This document shows, piece by piece, positions 1-7,725 of a stretch of DNA of 64,000 bases. The position numbers and the translations under genes were made by a program. Position 1 is the first letter of the stretch. The number at the start of each line of letters is the position of its first letter. The notes beneath the pieces are model-generated. The model saw only the letters and a list, made by a program, of their open reading frames with translations. It was not told where the DNA came from and did no database searches. The stretch spans positions 2,232,880-2,296,879 of the forward strand of contig OY730477.1 in assembly GCA_963422745.1 (NCBI GenBank). The letters run 5' to 3'. This stretch comes from Acidimicrobiales bacterium. GTDB lineage: Bacteria; Actinomycetota; Acidimicrobiia; Acidimicrobiales; Aldehydirespiratoraceae.

Positions 1-356
1 ACCGGTCTGGATTCGATCAGCTTCCTGATCCGTTTCGACACGGCGATGTTGTGGCCCAAGTCGTCGTGGTCGAGACCGCGCAACAAATCGTTGACCTTGC
101 CGATTAGTTCACGATCTCGCCAGATCATGGCGTAGGCGTCGGTGGTGAGAGCAAAGCCGGGCGGTACCGGCATGCCAGCGAGCATCATCTCACCGAGGCT
201 TGCGTTCTTCCCGCCTACCAGCTCACGATGCTCGGGCCGGTAGCGATCGAACCAGACGATCAGATCACTCACGGCGACCGCCACTTTCGCCGGGCTGAAG
301 GAACGGACAGTCGGGAGTTCGTGTTCCCAGTCGATGATCGGGCACGCCTCACACAT
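1..356 (-). CDS. PEP/pyruvate-binding (PpsA/PPDK N-domain-like) protein, N-terminal part; the rest lies beyond the window start
   Basis: Reverse translation from ATG 356..354 gives MCEACPIIDWEHE...HRELVGGKNASLGEMMLAGMPVPPGFALTTDAY. GGKNASLGEM is the PEP synthase/PPDK N-domain signature. It is absent from the ORF track because it runs off the window. Confidence 0.7.
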   Translation of the reverse strand, partial: MCEACPIIDWEHELPTVRSFSPAKVAVAVSDLIVWFDRYRPEHRELVGGKNASLGEMMLAGMPVPPGFALTTDAYAMIWRDRELIGKVNDLLRGLDHDDLGHNIAVSKRIRKLIESRP

Positions 357-362
357 TTCATG

Positions 363-1553
363 TCACGATCCTTCCGGTCGCGTCGAGACCGTTTCAGGTT
401 CGGCCATTCCCGCCCAATCGTCGTGGACCCTCCAGATCGGAAGGCTGTCGATGTCGGGCACCTTCACCTCCTGCACACGGTTGCGATACGTAACCAGAGC
501 TTCTCGTCCGCCGCGGGTCCACTCCGTTTCGCCGAGCAGCTTCACCCGAACGTGTTCGGTGTTGTAGGGCTCACCCGGGTCATAGCCCAACGCCGACACC
601 GCGAATGCACGGATGCACCCCGAGTGCGTGGAGATCGATAGCCGAGCCCCCGGGAACTCTGCGGATAGTCGGGCGATGCCAGCCCAGAACCGCCGCACCG
701 TCATCGCTGGCGGTTCGAAGTGCATCAGCGGGACGGTCAACCAGTGCTGGATCGGGTCGCCACCGCCCTGTTGGGTGCGCCAGAAACGGTCCATCTCCAC
801 CAACCAAAGCGGTCGATCACCCACGGCGGTGCGCTCATGGCCCTCGAGCAGTGCGCTGTACTGCCTGAATGCCGCGGTGACGTCTTTGAGTCCGTCGGGC
901 GCGACGAAACCGAAGTTGCGGAACTCCTCGGCCGGTTCGGGATCTACGATCGTGATCTCCTTGTCGTACTGAGCCAGGCCGTCCAGCAGTCCTCGTCTGA
1001 TCTGCTCAGAGGTCTCGCGGGCGCGGTTGGTCGCTGCATGTCGCAGCACCACGGTTTCACCTGAGGCGATCCGCCGTGACATGGTGCGGCCGTAGGTGTG
1101 TGCCTGCCATGCCCCTTGCGGTGTGAGGCCGGAGTCGGTCGAGTATCCCTGCGTCTCGCCGTGCCGGATGAGATACACATCGTTGAGGACTCCTCGCTTG
1201 GCCCCCGGCGTGGCAGAGATCTCTTTGTTGCGATTGTCCTCGGTCAACACCTGTTGCGTGGCCAGATCGGCGCGTCGCCACAGCGGTTCGGATGGCTCAT
1301 CGGCGAAACCGTCGGATCGTGAGCGGAAAGTCTTCAGGTACAGCGGTAGCGATTCGTCGTCGACGGCTGGCGCATGCTCCGATGATTCGCCGCGGCGCGA
1401 ACGGAAGCGTGCGAGGTACAACGGAGCGTCGAAACGATCGGCGCCACCGGTTCGGGTCCGGTTCGTGCCCGAGCCCGAAGCAGCGGGTGCGACGTTTGGG
1501 TCCTTTGCGTTGCGTGATCCGCGCGAACCGTTGGTCAGGTTGTGACCGGTCAT
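363..1553 (-). CDS. histidine phosphatase family protein (phosphoglycerate-mutase-like) with a low-complexity N-region
   Basis: The track ORF 363..1811 contains VYLIRHGETQGYS (RHG motif). I chose the internal ATG at 1553 because it forms an ATGA overlap with the stop of the upstream dioxygenase gene (1550). The longer start would overlap that gene by 260 nt. Confidence 0.6.
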   Translation of the reverse strand: MTGHNLTNGSRGSRNAKDPNVAPAASGSGTNRTRTGGADRFDAPLYLARFRSRRGESSEHAPAVDDESLPLYLKTFRSRSDGFADEPSEPLWRRADLATQQVLTEDNRNKEISATPGAKRGVLNDVYLIRHGETQGYSTDSGLTPQGAWQAHTYGRTMSRRIASGETVVLRHAATNRARETSEQIRRGLLDGLAQYDKEITIVDPEPAEEFRNFGFVAPDGLKDVTAAFRQYSALLEGHERTAVGDRPLWLVEMDRFWRTQQGGGDPIQHWLTVPLMHFEPPAMTVRRFWAGIARLSAEFPGARLSISTHSGCIRAFAVSALGYDPGEPYNTEHVRVKLLGETEWTRGGREALVTYRNRVQEVKVPDIDSLPIWRVHDDWAGMAEPETVSTRPEGS

Positions 1554-2485
1554 GAGTGCACCGACATGAATCGATGGTCCACCTGGCCCCGGTAGGTGAA
1601 CACGGCGCGGCCCATCTCGGCCTCGGTCCAGGTAGTGGGCTCGTCGTCGGGATCGAAGTGGTAGCCGCCGGTGAACACCTCGTTGCGGTTTCCCGCGGGA
1701 TCGAAGAAGTACAGCCCGCAGCCTCTGGTCGCTCCGTGACGGGTCGGCCCAGCATCGATCGCAACACCGTGATAGGCGCACAGATCTGCGGCCGTGCGCA
1801 GGTCGTGCCATTCGTCAACCCAGTACGCAAGATGATGGAAACCACCGTCGGGACCGATCAAGAACGCGATGTCATGGGGGGTGTGACTTCGCTCTAAGAA
1901 CGTCACGAGTTGGTGGCCGTCATCGGCGACGACGGCTTCAGTGAGCCGGAACTCCAGGACTTCACGAAAGAACCTCGTGGATCCGTCGACGTCCTCGCAC
2001 AACAAGAAGATGTGATCGAGTCGAGGGGGGTGCATTCCGATGAGACCGTCGGGCTTTGGAGGTGGGTTGATGAGCGGCAGCCCGTTGCCCACCTGACCCA
2101 TGCCGCACTCAAGGTCAATTCTGTGTCCGCTCGGGGCGACGAAGCGCACGACCGCCCCGGATGCCTCGGCTACCTCACCAGGATGGAACCACTCAACGAG
2201 AATCCCTGCGGCGGTGACGCGTGCGGCGAGTCGACCAAGTTCGGCGGGTTCGACAACCTTGAAGCCGAGTCCGTCCAAACCGTACGTCGGTGCCTTCTGC
2301 AGGATGAGCGAATGGTGCTGGTGTTCGTCCCAGCCTTTCAGATAGGCGCGCTCGGTTTCGGTTCCCACGTGTTCTCGGCCCGTCGGGACCAGACCCATCA
2401 CCTCGGTGTAGTAAGCCAAGGCGAGCTCAATGTCGGGCACTCGGACCGTGGCATGTGAAAGCCGCAGGATCCCTGGGCTACTCAT
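1550..2485 (-). CDS. extradiol ring-cleavage dioxygenase, type I (catechol 2,3-dioxygenase-like, VOC fold)
   Basis: 311 aa. Two-module VOC layout with GILRLSHATVRVPD...HHLAYWVD...GPTRHG...YFFDPAGNRNEVF, typical of catechol/2,3-dihydroxybiphenyl extradiol dioxygenases. Confidence 0.85.
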   Translation of the reverse strand: MSSPGILRLSHATVRVPDIELALAYYTEVMGLVPTGREHVGTETERAYLKGWDEHQHHSLILQKAPTYGLDGLGFKVVEPAELGRLAARVTAAGILVEWFHPGEVAEASGAVVRFVAPSGHRIDLECGMGQVGNGLPLINPPPKPDGLIGMHPPRLDHIFLLCEDVDGSTRFFREVLEFRLTEAVVADDGHQLVTFLERSHTPHDIAFLIGPDGGFHHLAYWVDEWHDLRTAADLCAYHGVAIDAGPTRHGATRGCGLYFFDPAGNRNEVFTGGYHFDPDDEPTTWTEAEMGRAVFTYRGQVDHRFMSVHS

Positions 2486-2573
2486 CGGCGCTTCCTACCA
2501 ACAAAGGCCGCTCGCCAGACGAAGAACCGCGCGCCTAACAGCACCAGCGGATCATCATCTGAGGTAATGCGCC

Positions 2574-3482
2574 TCATGTGTGCACGGTGGCGAACCGCTC
2601 ATTCAAAACGCCTTCGTAATAAAACACCGCCTTGCCAGCGCGGTCATCGGTCCAGGTGATCGTCGGAAAGTCCGGGTCGGGTCGATAACCGCCGGAGAAA
2701 ACCTCGTTTCGTGTACCCATCGGATCAAAGAAGTAGATCGTGCTGCCACGCGTAAGGCCATGACGAGTCGGCCCGATGTCGATCGTCACCCCGTGATAGG
2801 CGAGCAGATCCGCCGCCCGGCGAACGTGGTCCCAGTCGTCGAGCCAGAACGAAAAATGATGCAACGCCCCGTTGGGGCCCTGCACGAATGCGATGTCGTG
2901 TGGCTTGGCCGACCGCTCAAGAAAGGCAATGCTCTGATGGCCGCCTCCGTCGAGGAGTTGTTCGGTTAGCCGGAAATCGAGAACTTCGCGAAAGAATCGA
3001 GCAGCCTCAGCCACCTCCTCGGCGTGGACGAGCAGGTGATCTATGCGTGGTGGTGCGATACCGCGCAGGTCCAACACGATCGGTGCCGGGTTTAGCAACG
3101 CCAACCGCCCGCCAACCTTGTGAACGTCATGTACCAGCTCCATCTCGTGACCGGAAGGTACAACAAAGCGGATTGATTCGCCTTGGCCGACTTCCTCGCC
3201 GTCCCCGACACGGCGGACCGGAACTCCCGCCGCCTCGATCCGTCGTTCGAAGTTCTCAAGGTCTGCCGGGTCGTCAACTTTGAAGGCGAACCGGTCGATA
3301 CCGACCCGAGGGTCGTGACGGATCGCGAGACAGTGATGATCGCGCTCGTCCCAGCATTTGAAGAACATCCGGTCATCGGTTTGCTCAACGAGGTCAAGCC
3401 CGAGCACCTCGGTGTAGTACGCGGCCGCGAGTTCAAGATCGGGCGCAGTGATGTCTACGTGACTGAGCCGCAGGATGCCCAT
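2574..3482 (-). CDS. extradiol ring-cleavage dioxygenase, type I (paralog of 1550..2485)
   Basis: MGILRLSHVDITAPD...HHFSFWLDDW...GPTRHGLTRGSTIYFFDPMGTRNEVF. The ATG at 3482 aligns with the paralog N-terminus. The track start at 3494 is a TTG four codons upstream. Confidence 0.85.
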   Translation of the reverse strand: MGILRLSHVDITAPDLELAAAYYTEVLGLDLVEQTDDRMFFKCWDERDHHCLAIRHDPRVGIDRFAFKVDDPADLENFERRIEAAGVPVRRVGDGEEVGQGESIRFVVPSGHEMELVHDVHKVGGRLALLNPAPIVLDLRGIAPPRIDHLLVHAEEVAEAARFFREVLDFRLTEQLLDGGGHQSIAFLERSAKPHDIAFVQGPNGALHHFSFWLDDWDHVRRAADLLAYHGVTIDIGPTRHGLTRGSTIYFFDPMGTRNEVFSGGYRPDPDFPTITWTDDRAGKAVFYYEGVLNERFATVHT

Positions 3483-3523
3483 TGCGCCAAACAAACATAC
3501 TGAAGATCAACAGGGAAACATTA

Positions 3524-3538
3524 TCCCGCGATGCGGGA
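3524..3538. promoter_or_regulatory. inverted repeat TCCCGC-N3-GCGGGA in the divergent dioxygenase/iclR intergenic region; candidate IclR operator
   Basis: The sequence is tcccgcGATgcggga. The same half-sites recur at 4335..4355. Confidence 0.4.
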
Positions 3539-3565
3539 CGGAAATCCGTCTATGCTTCGGATTCG

Positions 3566-4324
3566 GTGTCTCGAAACCGTCTGTCGAGCGTGGCTTGTGC
3601 CGCGCAGCTGTTGAAGATGTTCACCGCGTCCACACCAAGCTGGGGTGTATCGGAACTTGCTCGAGCCGCGGGCATGACAACATCAACGGTTCACCGTGTG
3701 GTCGCCACATTGGCCGACGAAGGCCTGCTGGAGCAGGCGCCGAACCAGACCCGCTACCGGCTGGGCCTGGCGATGTTCGACATGGCGGCCGCCGTCCCCA
3801 CTCACCGCAGCCTGCACGAAGCGGCATTGTTGCCGATGACCGAACTGCGACATCGTTCGGGCGAGACGGTTCAGGTCGGGGTGCTTGACGGTCGGCAGGT
3901 TGTCTATGTGGAACGGCTCGACAGTCCCCACACCCTGCGCTTCTTCGTCGAGTTGGGCAGGCGTAACGATGCCCATTGCACGGGATGCGGCAAGGTCTTG
4001 CTCGCTCATCTGGAACCAGTTCGCCGGATCCGGGTATTGCGCGGCTGGGAACTCACCGCACGCACACCAAACACCATCACATCGTTGCAGGACCTCGAGC
4101 GCGAACTAGCGAACATCCGGCGTCGTGGCTACGCCGAGAACCGTCACGAGTCCGAGGTCGGCGTGGCGTCAATCGCTGCGCCGATCCGTGATGGGGCCGG
4201 CATCTGTGTGGCTGCACTGAGCATGGCTGGACCGATCGAGCGGATCGACCAGCGACGTGACACCTTGGTTGAGGCTGTCACCTACTTCGCGCGCATCACC
4301 TCCCAGCGTCTCGGCCATGTCTGA
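3566..4324 (+). CDS. IclR family transcriptional regulator
   Basis: SVACAAQLLKMFTAS..WGVSELARAAGMTTSTVHRVVATLADEGLLEQ (wHTH) followed by an IclR effector-domain-like C-terminus. The start is uncertain: GTG 3566 is preferred because the track TTG at 3482 would cover the operator-like palindrome and abut the divergent gene. Confidence 0.75.
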   Translation: MSRNRLSSVACAAQLLKMFTASTPSWGVSELARAAGMTTSTVHRVVATLADEGLLEQAPNQTRYRLGLAMFDMAAAVPTHRSLHEAALLPMTELRHRSGETVQVGVLDGRQVVYVERLDSPHTLRFFVELGRRNDAHCTGCGKVLLAHLEPVRRIRVLRGWELTARTPNTITSLQDLERELANIRRRGYAENRHESEVGVASIAAPIRDGAGICVAALSMAGPIERIDQRRDTLVEAVTYFARITSQRLGHV

Positions 4325-4334
4325 GCCAGTACTT

Positions 4335-4355
4335 GTGTCCCGCATTGCGGGACAC
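4335..4355. promoter_or_regulatory. perfect 10-bp inverted repeat GTGTCCCGCA-T-TGCGGGACAC; second candidate IclR operator, or a terminator stem
   Basis: It lies 11 nt after the iclR stop and about 70 nt upstream of the HAD gene. It shares the TCCCGC-N3-GCGGGA core with 3524..3538. No T-tract follows. Confidence 0.4.
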
Positions 4356-4423
4356 CTCTTGTGGATGTCGTCGTCATTGATTTACACACTCACGATGGTG
4401 ACTCATTCCCCGAGCTTGCGTAG

Positions 4424-5122
4424 ATGAAGTCAGGTTCGCGAGCATCAGATTCGGAGATGTTGGGTTCGGGGATCAAAAGGGTCTTGCTTCTTGACTTCGG
4501 CGGCGTCTGTCTGCTCAACCCTGTTGAGCTGCATTATCGTCTGCACGCACGGCTAGGTCTTTCGCCAGGTACTTTTGACTGGCGCGGTCCTTTGGACCCG
4601 TCGACCGACGAGTTATGGCGCGCTATGGCCGAAGGCGACGGGATCACCGAACGCGAGTACTGGGAGATTCGTGCCAACGAGGTAGGCGAAGTTATCGGAC
4701 AGCCGATGACCACCAGTGATCTCATGGAGTTGCTTTACGTGCCAGCGACAGAGGCGATGATCCGTCCCGGTTGTCGCCGGGCGGTGGCTGCTGCACAGCG
4801 GGCAGGTTGGCGTGTGGCTGTCTTCAGTAACGATCTTTTCTCGTTTCATGGCCCCGAGTGGGCTATGCAGATCCCCTTGTTGCAATCGGTGGAACGCGTG
4901 ATTGATTGTTCGGACGGGCCAGCGTTCAAACCAGACCGCCGTGCATACCAATGGGCTCTCAGCCTGCTTGATGCAGATGCCCAGGAGGTGCTGTTCGTTG
5001 ATGATCAACCGGTCAACGTCAACGGTGCGCGTGCGTGTGGTATCGAGTCGATCTGCTTTGATGTTGGCCGCGCTGAACAATGCTGGGCGGAAATCACAGA
5101 GCGGATCACCGTTGCGCAGTAG
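4424..5122 (+). CDS. HAD-IA family hydrolase
   Basis: Motif I variant VLLLDFGGVCL, FKPDRRAY (Lys motif) and FVDDQPVNVNGARACGI (motif IV). Confidence 0.7.
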   Translation: MKSGSRASDSEMLGSGIKRVLLLDFGGVCLLNPVELHYRLHARLGLSPGTFDWRGPLDPSTDELWRAMAEGDGITEREYWEIRANEVGEVIGQPMTTSDLMELLYVPATEAMIRPGCRRAVAAAQRAGWRVAVFSNDLFSFHGPEWAMQIPLLQSVERVIDCSDGPAFKPDRRAYQWALSLLDADAQEVLFVDDQPVNVNGARACGIESICFDVGRAEQCWAEITERITVAQ

Positions 5123-5144
5123 TCACAGCATCGATCCTGCCGAG

Positions 5145-5864
5145 TTGGCCCAGGAGCTCGCCGACGCCGAAGCCCGCGGGGGCTGGGTTGAACTGTTCAG
5201 CGAACGTGTCGACGGTTTCGACAGCGCTATGGCTAGGGCAATCGCGGTTGAACGTGACCGGATCCGGTGGCGATCGGGGGACAGTCGGATCGGTTACAAA
5301 CTCGGCTGGACCTCTGCGGCGATGCGAAACGCCCTGGGGATAACTAAACCGAACTGGGGCACATTGTGGGAGTCGCAGATCGTGGTCGACCGGTTGGAAA
5401 TAGCCGATCTGCATCATCCCAAAGTGGAACCGGAACTGGTCGCTGAGATCGGACATGACGGTGCTGTGGCGCGCTGGTGTCTTGGTTTGGAGGTCGTGAA
5501 CCCGCGGTTCGAGTCGTATAGCTTCGACCAACTCGACAACACCGCCGACAACTCATCGAGCGCCCGCATATGCCTTGGTGCTTGGACCGAACTCCGCTGT
5601 GACCCGAGCGATGTAGAGGTGTCGTTCAGTGACGGGCACGAGACGGCGCACGGCAAGGGTTGCGATGTGGACGGCGGACCGGCCGCAGCGGTGGCGTGGC
5701 TGGCCGAATCGTTGGCCGGTGAAGGCGTCGACCTTGCTAGGGGCGACATCGTGTTCACCGGTGGCCTGACCCGGCCCTTCGGCTTGGTGCCTGGCGCGGC
5801 ATATGAACTCCGATCGGACTCGAACCCAGAACTCTCCACGCTGCTCCTGACCGTGGAGTCGTAG
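5145..5864 (+). CDS. 2-keto-4-pentenoate hydratase / 4-oxalocrotonate decarboxylase family (FAH fold) protein
   Basis: IGYKLGWTSAAMRNALGITKPNWGTLW...EPELVAEI...GDIVFTGGLT resembles MhpD/XylJ-type hydratases. The start is uncertain: TTG 5145 lies just after the HAD stop, and ATG 5061 is an alternative. The track start at 4902 overlaps the HAD gene by 220 nt. Confidence 0.65.
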   Translation: MAQELADAEARGGWVELFSERVDGFDSAMARAIAVERDRIRWRSGDSRIGYKLGWTSAAMRNALGITKPNWGTLWESQIVVDRLEIADLHHPKVEPELVAEIGHDGAVARWCLGLEVVNPRFESYSFDQLDNTADNSSSARICLGAWTELRCDPSDVEVSFSDGHETAHGKGCDVDGGPAAAVAWLAESLAGEGVDLARGDIVFTGGLTRPFGLVPGAAYELRSDSNPELSTLLLTVES

Positions 5865-6046
5865 CTTCACGGACCGCCGCGGCCCTTTGCGCCGCAGCAG
5901 CCATCACCAGACCAGCACCCTCCAACGTTAAGAACACCCCTAATTGCGCACCCCCTTTTTTCTAGCGCAACGGCCATTGCCAGAACAGCACCTCTCTTCC
6001 AGCGCCAAGCACCCCCTGCGGCACCCCCTTTGCGGCGCAGCAGCCA

Positions 6047-7627
6047 TTGCCTTCGGGCCTCGCCGAGGCTCTAGTGTCTCATGACGTGACGCGGACCGAG
6101 ACGAAGCAGCACGAGACCCAAGCACCGTCACAACGGTTCCACGACCTCGACGCGTTGCGGGGTTTCGCCATGTTGTTGGGGATCGTGTTGCACGCTTCGT
6201 TGTCGTTTCTTCCGGGGTTCTGGCCCGCGGAGGACAACACCGCCAGCTTCGACGGTCCCTACGACGAGATCCTGCATTTCATCCACGGGTTCCGTATGCC
6301 GCTGTTCTTCTTGCTGAGCGGGTTCTTCACCGCCATGTTGTGGCGTCGCCGCGGTTTGCGATCGCTGCTTTCCCAGCGCGTCAAGCGGGTGGCACTGCCG
6401 CTTGCGATCGCAATGATGACGATTATTCCGCTCATGAACTGGGTGTCGGATCAGGCGATCGCCGCACAGATCGACGATCTGTTGATCGGCGCATACACGC
6501 AGAACACCACGGCGGTTGAGGACCTGCTCACCAATGGAGCGCATCCTGACAAGGCACGCGGATCTCAAGGTGAAACACCGTTGCATGCGGCGGCGGTGCT
6601 TGACGACGCCGAGATCGCCGAGTTGCTGCTGGAGGCGGGCGCTGACCCGGTCGCCCTTGACATCAAAGGCGACAGTCCGCTCGCGTGGGCGTATTACTCG
6701 GGTTCAGAGGAAGTAGCGGACCTGCTCATCGCCGCGGGACACCCCGAGATCCGCCCTGGCGGAACCGATTGGGAGGATCTGGACAACTGGGGATTCGGAG
6801 CGTCCGAATCCGACGAGGATGACGTAGGACTCGAGTCCTGGGTGGCGAGCTTTCATCATCTTTGGTTCTTATGGTTCATTTTGTGGCTCGTGGCGGGGTT
6901 CGCTGTCATCGCTGCGATCAACGACAGCCGTCTCACCTCCGGTACCGGTGTTCAACAATCCGAGGGCGGCTCGACCACGTCGTCCTGGCCGGGCAGATTG
7001 ATGTGGGTACTCATCCCGCTGACACTGCTTCCGCAGTTCGCGATGGGTGAACAGGGAGAGGTTCCGACGTTCGGCCCCGACACCTCGATCGGTGTCGTTC
7101 CGCTATGGCATGTGCTCGCCTATTACGCCGTCTTCTTCGGGTTCGGCGCCCTCGCCTACGCACGAAAAACTCCTGCGGGCAAGCCTGTTATTGAGGTCGT
7201 CGGTCGGGGTTGGATGATCATCTTGGCTGTGACCGTGCTGGTTGTGTTTCCGGTGGCTCTCGGATTCACATTCGACGGGGATTGGTACCTCGCGTCGATC
7301 TTGCAAGTCTCTTATGCGTGGGCGATGATCTTCGGGTTGTTGGGGGCATTTCGGGCGTGGTTTGCAACCGAGCGCCGCGGCGTGCGGTATCTGTCGGACT
7401 CGTCATACTGGCTGTATATCGTGCACCTCCCTCTGGTCATCTGGTTGCAGTCGTGGATCAGCGAATGGGATCTTCCCTCAGGCGTGAAGTTCGTCGGTCT
7501 CAATGTCACAGTGGGCGCCTTCTTGCTGTTGACCTATCGGTTGTTTGTGCGGTACACGCCGATCGGCACGTTGCTCAACGGCAAACGAATTCGCCCAGAT
7601 AGGGCTGCCACAGCCCCGGGGACCTGA
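6047..7627 (+). CDS. membrane acyltransferase family 3 protein with inserted ankyrin repeats
   Basis: FHDLDALRGFAMLLGIVLHASL...FRMPLFFLLSGFF...RVKRVALPL is the acyltransferase_3 N-terminal signature, with multiple TM segments throughout. An insert of about 70 aa (GETPLHAAAVLDDAEIAELLLEAGADPVALDIKGDSPLAWAYYSGSEEVADLLIAAGH, roughly nt 6557..6750) has ankyrin consensus. The start is uncertain (TTG 6047 or GTG 6074). Confidence 0.75.
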   Translation: MPSGLAEALVSHDVTRTETKQHETQAPSQRFHDLDALRGFAMLLGIVLHASLSFLPGFWPAEDNTASFDGPYDEILHFIHGFRMPLFFLLSGFFTAMLWRRRGLRSLLSQRVKRVALPLAIAMMTIIPLMNWVSDQAIAAQIDDLLIGAYTQNTTAVEDLLTNGAHPDKARGSQGETPLHAAAVLDDAEIAELLLEAGADPVALDIKGDSPLAWAYYSGSEEVADLLIAAGHPEIRPGGTDWEDLDNWGFGASESDEDDVGLESWVASFHHLWFLWFILWLVAGFAVIAAINDSRLTSGTGVQQSEGGSTTSSWPGRLMWVLIPLTLLPQFAMGEQGEVPTFGPDTSIGVVPLWHVLAYYAVFFGFGALAYARKTPAGKPVIEVVGRGWMIILAVTVLVVFPVALGFTFDGDWYLASILQVSYAWAMIFGLLGAFRAWFATERRGVRYLSDSSYWLYIVHLPLVIWLQSWISEWDLPSGVKFVGLNVTVGAFLLLTYRLFVRYTPIGTLLNGKRIRPDRAATAPGT

Positions 7628-7673
7628 TTCGGTAGTTGTTATCGGCAGGATTCCGTAGTTGTTATCGGCAGGT
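7628..7673 (+). repeat. 23-bp tandem direct repeat (x2) at the left edge of cassette A
   Basis: ttcggtagttgttatcggcagga / ttccgtagttgttatcggcaggt. A related copy, cccgtagtttatacagg, lies at 11914..11930 at the right edge of the cassette. Confidence 0.8.
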
Positions 7674-7675
7674 TT

Positions 7676-7725
7676 GCCAGCGGGTGGAGTCCGGGTTATG
7701 GTGCAAGGTTCAGGGGGGACTTGAC
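7676..7725 (+). promoter_or_regulatory. conserved leader/promoter region upstream of the PLA2-lectin gene (copy A)
   Basis: gccagcgggtggagtccgggttatggtgcaaggttcaggggggacttgacATG is nearly identical to 54480..54534 and partly to 59590..59669. AGGGGGG is a likely SD 8-9 nt before the ATG. Confidence 0.35.

Noticed and set aside
228-1545. Numerous short plus-strand ORFs (228..641, 605..868, 613..972, 720..1064, 1096..1545, and others)
   Set aside because: They overlap the PpsA-like and histidine phosphatase genes on the opposite strand. This is high-GC frame noise.
5865-6046. Intergenic imperfect repeats (..tttgcgccgcagcagccatcacc.. / ..tttgcggcgcagcagccattgcc..) and a C5T6 run as a possible terminator or small RNA
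   Set aside because: There is no convincing stem directly preceding the T-run and only two loose repeat copies. The support is insufficient to call a feature.
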